DNA from: Macrostomum lignano | Taxonomy: Eukaryota | Length of the DNA stretch: 64,000 nucleotides | Assembly (NCBI GenBank): GCA_002269645.1 | Contig: NIVC01000019.1 | Coordinates: 1 to 64,000 of the forward strand | Direction of reading: 5' to 3' | Shown: piece by piece, positions 22,895 to 39,800 of the stretch | Layout: each line of letters begins with the position of its first letter | How positions within the stretch are numbered: position 1 is the first letter of the stretch | Program-made: the position numbers and the translations under genes | The notes under the pieces: model-generated | Told to the model about the DNA's origin: nothing | What the model saw: the letters and a program-made list of their open reading frames with translations, nothing else | Database searches by the model: none

Positions 22895-24606
22895 TCCCGG
22901 ACATTTCGGTGACAAGACGTTTCGGTGACAGCCTTTTCGGTGACAATTTAGGACGTTTCGGTGACAAATTTAGACAATCGGTGACACGTTTTAAAAATGA
23001 AAGTTAATTTTGTCTGTAAGATAATAAACTCATGAACAAGACTTTAAAACTCAGACCTCGTCATATTTTATATTGTTTTGCGTTGATTTCGTAACTGACT
23101 TTGTTATATATATCTCTACACTTAAAAAAGGGTCATCTGCATTTCTAGATAAGGTCAGTCGGCCGACGCGACACGTCAAGTCGCTTATTTTACACACTAT
23201 AGCGGCATCATTTTTGCGACACTATCTGGATATATACCTGTGCTCAAGGCAATTCGTGTAAAAAATGTACATGTAGCATATTTTCATGAGTCGCCTGATC
23301 GATCTACTGTATTGATGCAAACAAAAGTTGTGGTTGTTGTAGTTTGTTACTCTACTACTTTAGAGGTGTCACGATGTTGGCGTAGCGGCTAACTATGGCT
23401 ATGACCCTTAAAAGGGCCGTTTTGACGAGAGTTGTAGTGAGTCGTAGTCCCAAAATAAGTTGAAGTCAACTCTTGTAAAGCGGATTTTGTAGCGGAGCAC
23501 TTGGCGATAAAGGCAGGAACTGCCGTAGTTGTTTTTATTGGTAGTATCAATATTAGGCTTGGTTATTACTGTCAATACACAAACTATAGCTTTCTGGGCA
23601 CTGGCGGCTGCAACAATGGTTTTTGAAGATAAATTGGATATGAAGTCAAGTGACAGACGAAAGATGCAATGGCGACGTAACGTGATGAGCAAGGGCAATG
23701 AGCACAGTGGAGGCGGTAAGTAGCAGTGGCGAGATTGGCGTCAGCCGTGGCGTGAGATAAGGAGGCTCGAGGCAGCCAGACAGAGAGAAGGAAAACAAGG
23801 CTAGACAAGGTTAGGCAAGCCAGACGGGACGGAGGACAAGCCTAAGGAGAGAGAACACAGAACACAGGAACCGGGACGGGTGAAACCCCCCAGCCCGCCA
23901 GGCGAGGGTTAATAAAGAGCGCAAAAGGGGGTAGCGTAAAACACGGAGAGTTTTCATTGGCTGGCGAGAGAATTTGAAATTATCGATCGTGCCAAAATTC
24001 ACAGGCGAGCGCAAGGCCTACCAAATACACTGTGAATTAGCAGTTGATACAGATTATTTGCACGCTACTATAAGTAAACGTTAAAATAAACTATTGGAGA
24101 AATTAATATGAGAAATTGCGAGGGAAACTATAGTCCAACGGCCCTTTTGCGGGACCATTTAAACTAGCAACGTCACAAGAGGCACTTATTTTAGCGCCGC
24201 ATCTGCACTTATTTTAGCGCCGCATCTGCACTTATTTTAGCGCAGTAGCTGCACTTATTTCAGTGCCGCAGGCACAATTTTGGTGCCGCAGGCGCTATTT
24301 TTTGCCGCCGTAAAACATGCAAATTTTTGATTTCCGTATAACAGGTCAACAAATCAACAAACTTGACGTGTCGTGTCGGCCGACTGACCTTTTCTAGAAA
24401 TGCAGATGACCCTTTATTTAAGTGTAGAGATATAACAAAGTCTGTTACGAAATCAACGTAAAACGATAATATATGACGAGTTCTGAGTATTAATGTCTTG
24501 TTCATGAGTTTATTATCTGTCAGACAAAATTAACTTTCACTTTTAAAACGTGTCACCGAATTGTCTAAATTTGTCACCGAAAAGGCTGTCACCGAAACGC
24601 GTCTTG
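22895..24606. mobile_element. Non-autonomous TIR DNA element (~250-270-bp imperfect inverted arms with repeated TTTCGGTGAC subterminal motifs)
   Basis: Arms ~22913-23181 and 24361-24606 are reverse complements; no clear TSD. Confidence 0.75.
23367..24177. mobile_element. Solo LTR (811 bp) nested in the TIR element
   Basis: TGTCAC...GTCACA termini; perfect 5-bp TSD AGAGG at 23362-23366 and 24178-24182; no coding capacity. Confidence 0.8.
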
Positions 24607-24800
24607 TTTGCTATTGGGGGATGCTTGCTAAATGCTAACAGAGGATGCTTGCTATTGGAGAATGCTTGCTATCTAGGGGTGCTTTCTATTTGGAAGGATG
24701 CTTGCCATCTAAGGAATGCTTTTGATTTAGGGATTATGTGTGCTATTTTTGTAAAAGACTTATTTTGTTGTGTACTGTACTTCCACGTGTGTGACTTTTT

Positions 24801-25512
24801 GGCTATCCTTCAGTTTCGTTCGTTTAATTATTTCCGGAATTATTTCGCCCTCTATTCAAGGGTGGTGGGGGGTGGGTGTTTGAATTAAGGCAGTGCTTAT
24901 CCCCACGGTACCGTAGGAATAATTTCTGTCTTATTCCAACGGTACCGTGGGGATAATTTTCTGCTTATCCGCACGGCACACTGACGAGATAGCTGCCTAT
25001 CTTCTACATATGCCGTGGGTTCATAATTTAGTTTAGTACTTACGGTTTGAGTGCAATATAACAACATAACTTTGCTTGGCTATTATTTTGATAGAAGTAA
25101 AGATTTAATGGCCTTTTTACGCAAAAAAACACTTTTTTGTATTTATGACGTATGATTTAAGATGAATTGCTCTAGTAATTGTTTACAATTTAGGAACTTT
25201 TAGCAACTAGTCTAATCCCGACATCCCCGAAAAGTCCATTGCCGCTGCTTCTGTAGACTTCTTACTAGACATGTAAATTCTCAATTTGTTTGTATAGATT
25301 ATTGCATTGCTTCAACAATTCACCCGTGCGGATAAGCAGAAAATTATTCCCACGGCATATGTAGAAGATGGGGCAGCTATCTCGTCAATGTGCCGTGCGG
25401 ATAAGCAGAAAATTATCCCCACGGTACCGTTGGAATAAGACAGAAATTATTCCTACGGTACCGTGGGGATAAGCACTGCCTTGAATTAAACGAACGAAAC
25501 TAGAAGATAGCC
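24801..25512. mobile_element. Foldback MITE with GG termini and 8-bp TSD (Merlin-like or hAT-like)
   Basis: GGCTATC...GATAGCC; TSD GACTTTTT at 24793-24800 and 25513-25520; long arms (24887-25020 vs 25349-25481), with a ~55-bp insertion in the left arm. Confidence 0.82.
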
Positions 25513-25839
25513 GACTTTTTCCGTTAGATATTCTGTCGAATAATGTGCATCAATCTACGAGACTATATGAGATTACAAAACATTATAAACTTCCATTAGT
25601 TATAGAAAAAAAGAGATTCATTGCAAAAATATTTGTCTATCAGAACCATGACAATTTTCTTGAACAAGGTAATTTATAAAACTGAAGGAATTGGTTCTTA
25701 AAAGAGTGTGCTTTTTTAATGGTTTTGAATAAGTAATTTTTGCTCCTTGCTTATTAGGTGCCCCAAAACTAAAAGAGGGCATTAGATTGCTAGTCTATAG
25801 GATTTAACTAAAAATATTATATTGAATAGGCCTAGTAAG

Positions 25840-28800
25840 TAGGGTGTCCAATGAAATTTTTTTTAAACCTTATTTTCAACCATGTTGTAGCCCTGGATGT
25901 TATGAGTGACATGACACCAAAATTTAGAAAATTGATCAAGTAATAAAAAAGTTATGAGGTTTCTCATTTAAAAAAATAGTGTTTTTTCCTTATCTCAAAT
26001 ACACTCAAAACTATGCTATTTTTGGGCAATAAGCATGTTTTTTGCAATAAAATGTTGTGGGCCTAACTTTTTTATTTCATAACCGATTTTAGTGTTTGAG
26101 ATATTATTAATTTTTTTTTAGATTTTTGTTACCACAAAATTTTATTATATTTTTTATATATAAATACTATTCTATATCTCTAGATAAGATATCTTGGGAT
26201 TAAGACAAAAAAGATAAAAAAAATTGCAGAAGTACCATTCTTTGGCTTTGTCATGGTATACATTCTATTTACCTTATTTAGTATTATTTATATTGTAACA
26301 TATCTGCGTATGTAATTTAAAAGTAAATAATTTCGTATTTACTCTTATCAGGTTGTATTGGTATTATAGTATTTATACTGTATTTATCTCACTGTACTTT
26401 TTTACTGTATGTAATTTATGTTATTTTGCAAGATAATTTTATAATGAAACTTTTGTTTTAATGACTGATAAGTAACCAATATAAATATAAATCATCGATT
26501 GTTAATAAGAGTTCGCGCTCTGACTTGGCACTCTCGACGGCTGAAAGTTCAAGTGACAGTCCTCGGCATTCATTTCGTTACAATGGCGACCACACCAGAA
26601 CTCCGATTCCATGAAGGACTCCGCTGAATCTTCTGATCGACCGCAAATGTACAGCAACGCAGCCAATCACATCAGCATGCAGCGCGCGTCCAGCTAGCCG
26701 ACGCCAACCAGTATGTCAGCCAGCCGCGAGCCAGGCCAACAAAATCACAGGTGCCGAAGATGCTGCCAAAGGACAGGTGCTGCAGATACTGTCAGTCGCT
26801 GAATGATTTCGAATATTATATTTGTTTTTTAAAAGCATCTCTATGTTCAAATACAATACTAGCTGTAGAATGTACATGTAGATGTGTACCCAGTTCAGAG
26901 CAAAATTTTGTTTTTAAATTTGTAATTTTGCTGTTCTAACCTAAAGTCCAGAACCAGGAAGCTGCATTTTCCAATTCCTATGCTTTGTTGATTGATTTTA
27001 ATGTAATTGTACTTAATTGTTAATTTGTACTTACTGTAATTCCTTCATATGTACTTTATACTGTATTTTGGCAATTGCATATATGTACTTTACTTTTCAA
27101 ATAATTTTCAATGTTGTACTGTATTTTCTTGTGTTTTGTAAGGTTTCACCCAATGGCAGTGTATCACAATAGTGTGCACAGGCAATTCCTTTCATTAATA
27201 AAGTGTTTTTTGCTTCATTCATGCTGTGCTCTGCACTGGTTGTGGTGGGGAGAACCCGGGGCTCTGCTAACCCTGTTGGGTTCTGGTTTTTGTGTTGGTT
27301 GACTAGCTTCTCTTTTGGTCCAGACCATTGTTTTAAAATGTGTTCTGTCACCTCATTGCGATGTCTAGTTGGGAATGCGAGTTCAATCTTTTTTTTTGCT
27401 CAAAATTTAGCATGTACTGTATATTTAATAGTTATTTTCTATACTTTGTATTCTACTCTTTTGTTAATTGTACTTTTGACAATGTGGACATTGTCTTTTC
27501 TAAGAGAAGGATAATGTAACATATCTGCGTATGTAATTTAAAAGTAAATAATTTCGTATTTACTCTTATCAGGTTGTATTGGTATTATAGTATTTATACT
27601 GTATTTATCTCACTGTACTTTTTTACTGTATGTAATTTATGTTATTTTGCAAGATAATTTTATAATGAAACTTTTGTTTTAATGACTGATAAGTAACCAA
27701 TATAAATATAAATCATCGATTGTTAATAAGAGTTCGCGCTCTGACTTGGCACTCTCGACGGCTGAAAGTTCAAGTGACAGTCCTCGGCATTCATTTCGTT
27801 ACAGTATTTCAAAGTAATACTTATATACCATAATTAGTATTTTTTGACTTCTTACTAAAAGTAGTATGCAAATGATTGACCATTATTTTCATGAAAATGG
27901 GTCTTCCAAAGTACCACTCTGGGTGTCAATGGTGTTAAAAATTGATATAGCTCCTGTCAATCTTAATCTTCTATCTTTATGCTAGAGTCATTGAAAAGCT
28001 TTTTTGTAGTCCATTTGACAACTGTAATGAATTCATGCTTTACTAAGTATTATGTTACTAAATCATATAACACACTTTCATATTTGAAAAGGCTATGCCT
28101 AAATTCAGCAATTGAATCTACCTTTATAGTTTACCTGCATCATTTGATTCATTTACTTGTTCATTGTGTCCACTTTTTAGCACAAAAGCTTTTTGTGGTA
28201 ATCTAGCCAATTTGTCTACTACCAATTTATCTGCAATTAGTTCATCAGCAACTATCTAAATGAGCATTTTGTCTATTATGCTGGCCTTCTCATTGTACTA
28301 TGAGTCTACTACGCTCGTACAGTACTACAACAGTAGCTATTATAGTCAAGCCAGTTAGGCATGAGACAATGTTGCAAGGTGGGTTTCAGGGCCTTGACAC
28401 AAATGTAGGTTGCACCATTGGCAGTGTCCAGGGTGTTGGCTACATCAGTCAACAAAATGCAAGTGTATGCCTTTCCTCTCCAGTATTAAGATGCCTGCAA
28501 CATCAGCAGCATCTGCACCAGCTATGGGTGGTACAAATTGGCTTAGATGACATGGCCTAGCAGCTGGAAACTAGAGTTGCCAACTGTGCAACAGTTTGCT
28601 AGGATGGGACACCACTTTGGCAATAGAGTGTCACATTGGTGACTCTCTTGTAGCCAATCTAACAATCTTGGGGGCAGTATACAGCGTGATTACATTGTGT
28701 ATATACATGTATATTTACGACAGTATAACAGTTGATTCATCTGCTCCCATTTTCATCCCTAGTCACTTTGTCTGCTAGCAGCTAAATTGACTGAGAACCC

Positions 28801-30123
28801 TTTTAGTCAGCTCAGCTTTTACTCAGTTGCTCCATTTTAGTGCTTTAATACTTTTATTTAGCTTGGCAGGATGTCCTAGTCTGCCTGTATACACTGAACC
28901 AAATGTACTTTATAACCTGTGGCTATGGCAGGCAGTAACAAAAGTGAAGGAAAAGAAGCAGGACCTGTAGAGGTCAAAGGTGCATGAGGAAGCTGCTGGC
29001 TAGCAGAGTCCGGCCCTGGGCCATCTACATAGACCAGGCATTTGTCTTTCCTACAGTGGTCCCAGCTACAACTATGCCAGAGTCAACTTCCAGCATGCCA
29101 GTTTGCCAACCCTTCTCTGCTGCTGCTGTTGCCTAGTCCTTTTAGGAGAGGGGTACCAATGCAGGCCTTTGAGAAGCTGCGCACAATGTTTGGGCCCAGC
29201 TGGAATGATCAGAGGCAACTATGTAAAGAGCTACACAATGAGCTTATCAAGTACTCATAATAGATACTGTATAGGTGCAGCGTGTCTAGCATCTGCAAGA
29301 TCTGCAAGTAAAAGATGGATTAGTGAGAAATGCATAAAATATAAAGTATATCAAATTCCTACTATCCATATTAAAAAAAATGGTATATATGACTTCTTTT
29401 TGAATGTACAACCCCTCTATATGCATTTTCCTATCTCTGTAGTGTATTTGCATGTACAGCTGTGCCAATTATATTTAATAACTTTGGTGCAGCAAAAGCT
29501 ATCAGGATGTGCTTTTAGGACAAAGAGTTTGGCCTGTTTTGCTATCATTTTATCAAAGAAACTAACTGGCCATTTTTCAAGCTTCAAAAATTTCCCAATA
29601 TTTGTCTCTGATGGAAATTTGTATGCATTTTGGCGATTTCTGTTAAGCATACTGTGGCAAGAGTTACACTCATCCTGTCTTGCCTAAAAGCTTCATTTTC
29701 TCAATAGAAGTAAGTAGCAAAGAAAATTAGGATGGCTGCTCTTTCTATTCAAAAGTTTTGGCCATTTTAAATTTTATGTGTACATGTACATGTACATATT
29801 TTTGAACAAAAAAAGTTCATTTAAAATGACCTGCAAGAAGTTACCTACACCCAGAGTGCAAGCATTCTTAGCAGCTATGCACTAATTTACTTCAAAACAA
29901 ATCCTCCCAACCCCATATTTTCAAGCAAATTTGGCACAGTTTTGAAAATGTACTAAACTTGTAAACAATATGTTGTTTGAAAGATCTGTTTGTCTACTTT
30001 TTAACAAATATAAGAACATTGCTATATCTGAAACATTTAAAAAGGTATAGCCATCTAAAGAAGACCACTTTTTACATTTTTTCATTTTTGCACACACTAA
30101 AAATAGGCTCACTGGACACCCTA
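25840..30123. mobile_element. Old hAT-like DNA transposon
   Basis: 15-bp TIR TAGGGTGTCCAATGA / TAGGGTGTCCAGTGA (14/15); degenerate 8-bp TSD ctagtaag / atagtagg. A weak minus-strand transposase-like remnant (LARLPQKAF..GHNE..SNDAG) lies at ~28130-28225. Confidence 0.6.
26294..27803 (+). mobile_element. Non-autonomous LTR retroelement (TRIM-like, 1510 bp)
   Basis: 289-bp TG..CA LTRs at 26294-26582 and 27515-27803, identical by eye; PBS TGGCGACCAC 26584-26593; PPT AAGAGAAGGA 27502-27511; no gag/pol; TSD imperfect (atat/gtat). Confidence 0.9.
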
Positions 30124-30415
30124 ATAGTAGGCCTAGACTAAGTAGTAGCATTTATTATCATTAGTAAATTATAAATATTTATGCCTATCATGGCCTAGAC
30201 AATTTATTAGTAGAAAGAAATGGACCTAGGCCAGCTCTTATCATTAATTTGCATTATACTAGTGATAGATCAAATGTTGATTTTTGTTAGTATTGAAGAC
30301 TGAATCCAAATGTACAAAGAAATTCTGAATCAAAATCTGAATATCCAAATGTGTTTATAAATATAAGCAAAAAAAGTAAAATATAAATTGTGGGAATAAC
30401 TAAGATACTTTAAAG

Positions 30416-31472
30416 CAGAGGTTGGCAAACTTTTCAATGCAGTCTAGATTAGAAGACTAGGCTAAGGCAGCAAGCCAGAAAAAATATATAACAAATTATG
30501 GCTAGGCCTATAAAAGAAAATTTCAGGTGATTAGACCTAATACAATCAATAATCCCACAATTGAAACTGATATAGGAATTATGGGATGAAAGCAAATTTG
30601 GCATTCTTTTGTTTTATAATAGCCAAGTTGATTACTTGCATCAATTTCATTATATAATACCCAATAGAAAATAGTAAGAATTGAAAGAGACATACAAAAA
30701 TCCTACTCATAGTTTAATAGAGCATAATCTTTATATTCACTTTTGTTATATGGTACCCTAAATGGAAAATTTGTTAATAATGCATTGTATAAAAAAATGA
30801 GAGGGTTAAAACAAAACTGAAGGAAAAAATATAATAAAAGAATTAGAACAGATATAGGCCTAGGAAACTGCAAAAATCCTACTCATAGCTTAATGGAGCA
30901 TGATCTTTATATTCACTTTCATTATATGATATCCTAAAAGACAATTTGTTTATAAATCTGCTTCAAGATCTACTTTGTCTCCTTTACTTCAATTTTCTAC
31001 TTCTCAGTAGTATATATGGTACACATTCTATGGTACACATATGGTAGTATATATGAAATGTTTTTGTGACTTTAAGTTTAATGCTTCAAATGTCCCAAAG
31101 TTTAGTAACTTTACTTGGTATAACTTTTAAATATGCTACTACAAAAAACTAACAATTTGAAAAAATAAACAATATGATGTAAAATCTTATGTTGTATATA
31201 TAACAGAAAACTAAACTTTGCAATTTTTTAAAACTTAAAACCCTAACCTTGTAAAAACAGAAATCAGTTTTGTGTTAATTGTCAATATTTATCACTATAT
31301 TAATGTATATGCATTGATAACTATTGTGATTATTATTAAGAATGTAGAATACTAGGCCTTTGTGTCCTATCCTATGAAATTCCCTAATGTCACCAAGCTG
31401 TGCTAAGGCTATACTTCTCTATCTAAAATTTATTCACAAGGTTTGTTCTCTAAATCAGTTTGCCAACCCCTG
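30416..31472. mobile_element. hAT (Charlie-like) non-autonomous remnant
   Basis: 16-bp TIR CAGAGGTTGGCAAACT / CAGGGGTTGGCAAACT (15/16); the TSD is not preserved. Confidence 0.6.
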
Positions 31473-32084
31473 ATCTATATCTATGGCTTTTATGCATGCT
31501 CTAATTTTTGATTAGAAAGATTGGCCTCTTCTAGCCTACCTTTGAAAGCATTGGAGAAACTCATTTCCAAGCCAATTGGGCCTAGGGGCAAGCAATTTAT
31601 TCCTTAGTGGGAAAATCAAGCTATTGAAGACTTGCTCTTCATTGTCTATGGCCCAAAAAGGGGTCTGTGGAGCAACCAATTTGAGAATCTGGGCGCGCTA
31701 TTAATCGAGGCATGATTGAGGCATTCAACCCGTGGAGCAAAGTCCACAGATAGATAGACAGACAGTCTAGAGATTTAGTATAGGAAAAGATCTTAGAGAT
31801 TTAGTATATTGTGAGATGATTTGATTAGTATAGGAAGGAAGGAAGCAGTGAGGATAGATAGATAGATGGGTAATTTTCATTAGATAAGGATAAGATGAAA
31901 TAATTCTTGCTATAAAGTTTTACCCATTGACTTAAGTATTTGGGAAGGGTGCTGACACCCACTTATATTTAATTTATACTTGGTTAATGCAAGTAAAATC
32001 TAGTGTTATAACTATGAGCTTAATATACTACTAATTTACTATTTTCCATAGCAGTCTGATTGTAACGCCAATTAAAAGAATACA

Positions 32085-35928
<3,844 letters not shown>

Positions 35929-36189
35929 TAAACCGTTTTCAGGATACGCGACTGCAGTTCATTTGGGTGTGCATTTCTGACTGCAATTTTCACATCTGTC
36001 AACTGTGCCTGTATAATTAATAAATCAAATACATTTACTGATTTGCCTTTCCAACTGCACTCGATTGTTGATTGTTGTCATTTTCTGTTTTTTATTAGCC
36101 TGCTTAGGTGTCAGAATATTTCCTTCCCTTCGTTCGTTTCTTTGTCTCTTTTTACCTTGATTCACCTCCGCTTATCTTCCATATTCCCT

Positions 36190-36715
36190 AATCTTCCATT
36201 ATTCTAATCTCACCTTCCATTATTCGAATCTCACCTTCCACTATTCTAATCTCACCTTCCACTATTCTTATCTCACCTTCCACTATTCAAATCTCATCTT
36301 TCACTATTATAATCTCACCTTTCACTAGTCTTATCTCACCTTCCACTAGTCTTATCTCACCTTCCACTATTCTAATCTCACCTTCCACTATTCAAATCTC
36401 ATCTTTCACTATTATAATCTCACCTTTCACTAGTCTTATCTCACCTTCCACTAGTCTTATCTCACCTTCCACTATTCTAATCTCACCTTCCACTATTCTA
36501 ATCTCACCTTCCACTATTCTAATCTCACCTTTCACTAGTCTTATCTCACCTTTCACTAGTCTTATCTCACCTTTCACTAGTCTTATCTCACCTTTCACTA
36601 GTCTTATCTCACCTTTCACTAGTCTTATCTCACCTTTCATTAGTCTTATCTCACCTTCCACTAGTCTTATCTCACGTTTCACTATTCTAATCTCACCTTC
36701 CACTTCTAATCTGAC
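36190..36715. repeat. 21-bp minisatellite (CTAATCTCACCTTCCACTATT and variants) between GTPBP10 and SFI1
   Basis: Period 21. Confidence 0.95.
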
Positions 36716-36813
36716 CTTTTAATAAGCAGCAGTATAAGTGTCAACTCATTGTATTAGTAGTGAAAAATCTTATAATAAGGTGGCCAATACTAAAAAATTA
36801 ATTTTTTTCTGAC

Positions 36814-39800
36814 ATGGCATCCAGTGAGCAGCCGCCGCGCAGGCTGCATCCGCATCAGCCTCCTCAGCCTCATCAGCAGCCAAGTCGGCAGACCCGGTCG
36901 GCCGCGCTGCAGGATTTGAATGCCCAGCTGCGCGAGGCTCAGGCCCTGCAGAGGCTGGCCGCCAGGCAAAGACAACTTGGCGTTCGGGACGCGTCGCCAA
37001 CGGACACTTCTTTAAAGCGATCGGCGGCTGGCTTGACAGTCGGGACTCGAATCCCGCGACCCCTGCCCAGCCGTCGGCCGAGGCCCTACGACCCCGCCTA
37101 CACCTGGGGTCGCGGCGGCCGCGTCAAGGAGCTGCGGATTCGCTGTCTGGCTAGGAAGTTCCTCCACCTGTGGCGTCAGCGAGCCGGCTTTGGCCGCGTC
37201 TCCATGGCAACGGCGCGGCGGCACTGGCGTCGGCGCCTTCTTTGGCGCTGTTTCCGCGCCTGGTACGGCGTGTACTGGACAGAGCGCAAGGAGTTGCGTT
37301 TGAACCTGCGAGCCCAGTGCCACCTGCGGCTGCGTCTGTGGACTGTGTACTTTTACGCTTGGCGCAGGTGCGTATTTAGGGCCACCAGTTTGTCTCAAAG
37401 CTTATCTTACCTCTCCGCAGGCTTATATCACCTCTACCCATGCTTATGTCACCTCTACCCATGCTTATCTCACCTTTATCCAGGCTTATCTCACCTTTAT
37501 CCAGGCTTATCTCACCTTTATCCAGGCTTATCTCACCTTTATCCAGGCTTATCTCACCTTTATCCAGGCTTATCTCACCTTTATCCAGGCTTATCTCACC
37601 TTTATCCAGGCTTATCTCACCTCAGGCTTATCTCACCTCAGGCTTATCTCACCTCAGGCTTATCTCACCTCAGGCTTATCTCACCTTAGGCTTATCTCTC
37701 CTCCCCAGGCTTATCTCACCTTAGGCTTATCTCTCCTCCCCAGGCTTATCTCACCTCTACCCATGCTTATGTCACCTCTACCCATGCTTATCTCACCTTT
37801 ATCCAGGCTTATCTCACCTCAGGCTGTTCTCACCTTAGGCTTATCTCTCCTCCTCAGACTTATCTCACCTCTCCTCAGGCTTATCTCACCTCAGGCTTAT
37901 CTCACCTCAGGCTTATCTCACCTCAGGCTTATCTCACCTTAAGCTTATCTCACCTGAGGCTTATCTCCTTTAGGCTTATCTCTCCTCCTCAGGCTTATCT
38001 CACCTCAGGCTTATCTCACCTAAGGCTTATCTCACCTCAGGCTTATCTCACCTTAGGCTTATCTCACCTCTACCCAGGCTTACCTCAATAATCACCCCTG
38101 CCCAGGTTCGTCACTATTCAGCGCGCCGTTAAAGCACAATTATCTCGCGCCGACGAGTTGCACTCGCGCCACCTGTTGCGCCGCGCCTACGAAGCCTGGC
38201 GCAGCTACGCCCTGGAGCGCAGGAGTCGCGCCTACCTGTCCGTGCAGGCCTACAGCTTCCACGGCGGCTGTCTGCTGCGCCGCTATTGGTCAGCTTGGCT
38301 TGACCAGCTTGCCTCGGCCCGGGCTCAAGCTGTTGCTATGGAAACCGCCGCCGAGCACTGGTCGCAGCGTCAGAAGGGCGCCGTTCTCGACGCTTGGCGC
38401 CAGTTTGTCGAACTGCGCCGAATTTCTCGAGGCGAATTGTCGGAAGCGGCCGCCCTGTACGAGCGGAGGCTGGCCAGGCGCTGCCTGACTGTCTGGCGCT
38501 CGCGGCTCGCCCGCCTGGCCGAGAGGCGCCAGTTTTTACAGCGCGTCGACGAACTGGCGCGCCGGTGTCGTCTTCGACGCTGCCTGCTGGCTTGGCGCCA
38601 ACAGCGCGCCGTTGCCGACGCCTGGCGCGACCTGCGGCTGCTCGCTGAGCGGCACTGGCGCCGAAGGCTGCTTCGCCGCTGCCTGCTGGCCGGCTTTCGA
38701 GCCTACGCGATGGAGCGCCAGAAGAAGCTGGAGCTGGCCCAGCTGGCCGACGTCTGGCGCCAACGATCGCGCCTGCGCTTCGCCTGGCGCGCCTGGCTGG
38801 TCCGCTGCGAGCAGAACGAAGAAATCGCCCTGCTGCCCAAGTCGCGCCTAGCGCGCGCCCATTCCGCCCGGCGCTTAGTCCGATTAGCGCTGCGCGCCTG
38901 GCGCCAACGTTGCGAGGAATGGCGCCAAACGCGCCAAGCTTTATTAGAGGCCGAGCGGCATCGCGCGCAAACTGTGGCGCCGCGCGCGCTCTCCGCGTTA
39001 GCCGCCTACGCCGCCGAACGGAAGCGAAAGCGAGAGCTGGTCAGTGCTGCGTCCTTTTTGATCAGTTCTGCAGTTCCTAAAAAATTAATTTCAGTGATTA
39101 TTTCCTCTCGTGCAGGCGGCCACAGCCGACGCATTCTACGCGTCGAACAGCGGCCTGGCGGCGCTTCGATTTTGGCGCGACGCGGCCGAAGCGGCGCAGG
39201 AGGCGCGCTATCAAGAGCGCGTGGCTGCGCTGCATTGGATGCGCGCCACAATGTCGCGCTACCTTCAAGTTTGGCGCGCCAAAACCGAAGAGCGCGTACT
39301 GGCCAACGAGCACGAGGTTTTGTCTGAGGAGCACCGGCGGCGGCGCCTTCTTGGCGCCATTTTTAGTGCCTGGCAGCACTATACCCAGCGGAAATGTCGA
39401 CTCGCTGAAGCAGATGAGGCGGCTAGGCGCTCGCATCGGCGTCATCGACTTTTTGGCGCGCTCTCTATCTGGCGCCATTTTGTGGAGCTTCGGCGCCAAA
39501 AACGTCGGTGCCTTGACGAAGCGACCGCGCACCGGGAGCGCCAACTGACTCGGTGCTGCTGGACTGCCTGGCGCGCGCGCTGCCTGTCGGTATCAAATGC
39601 GCGTCAGCGGGCGCGCGACTTAGCGCGCCAAAAAGATCAGCGCCTTCTAGCAAATTCGTTTGCGCGCTTGGCGCTCGCAGCGCGCGTTCTGGGACGTCGC
39701 CGACGTTTAGTTGAAACCGCTCTGGAGCAGCGCCGTCGGCGCCAATTAGGCGCCGTTTTTGAAGCCTGGCACCTGGAGGCGCGTAGAAAAGCGCAGAAGA

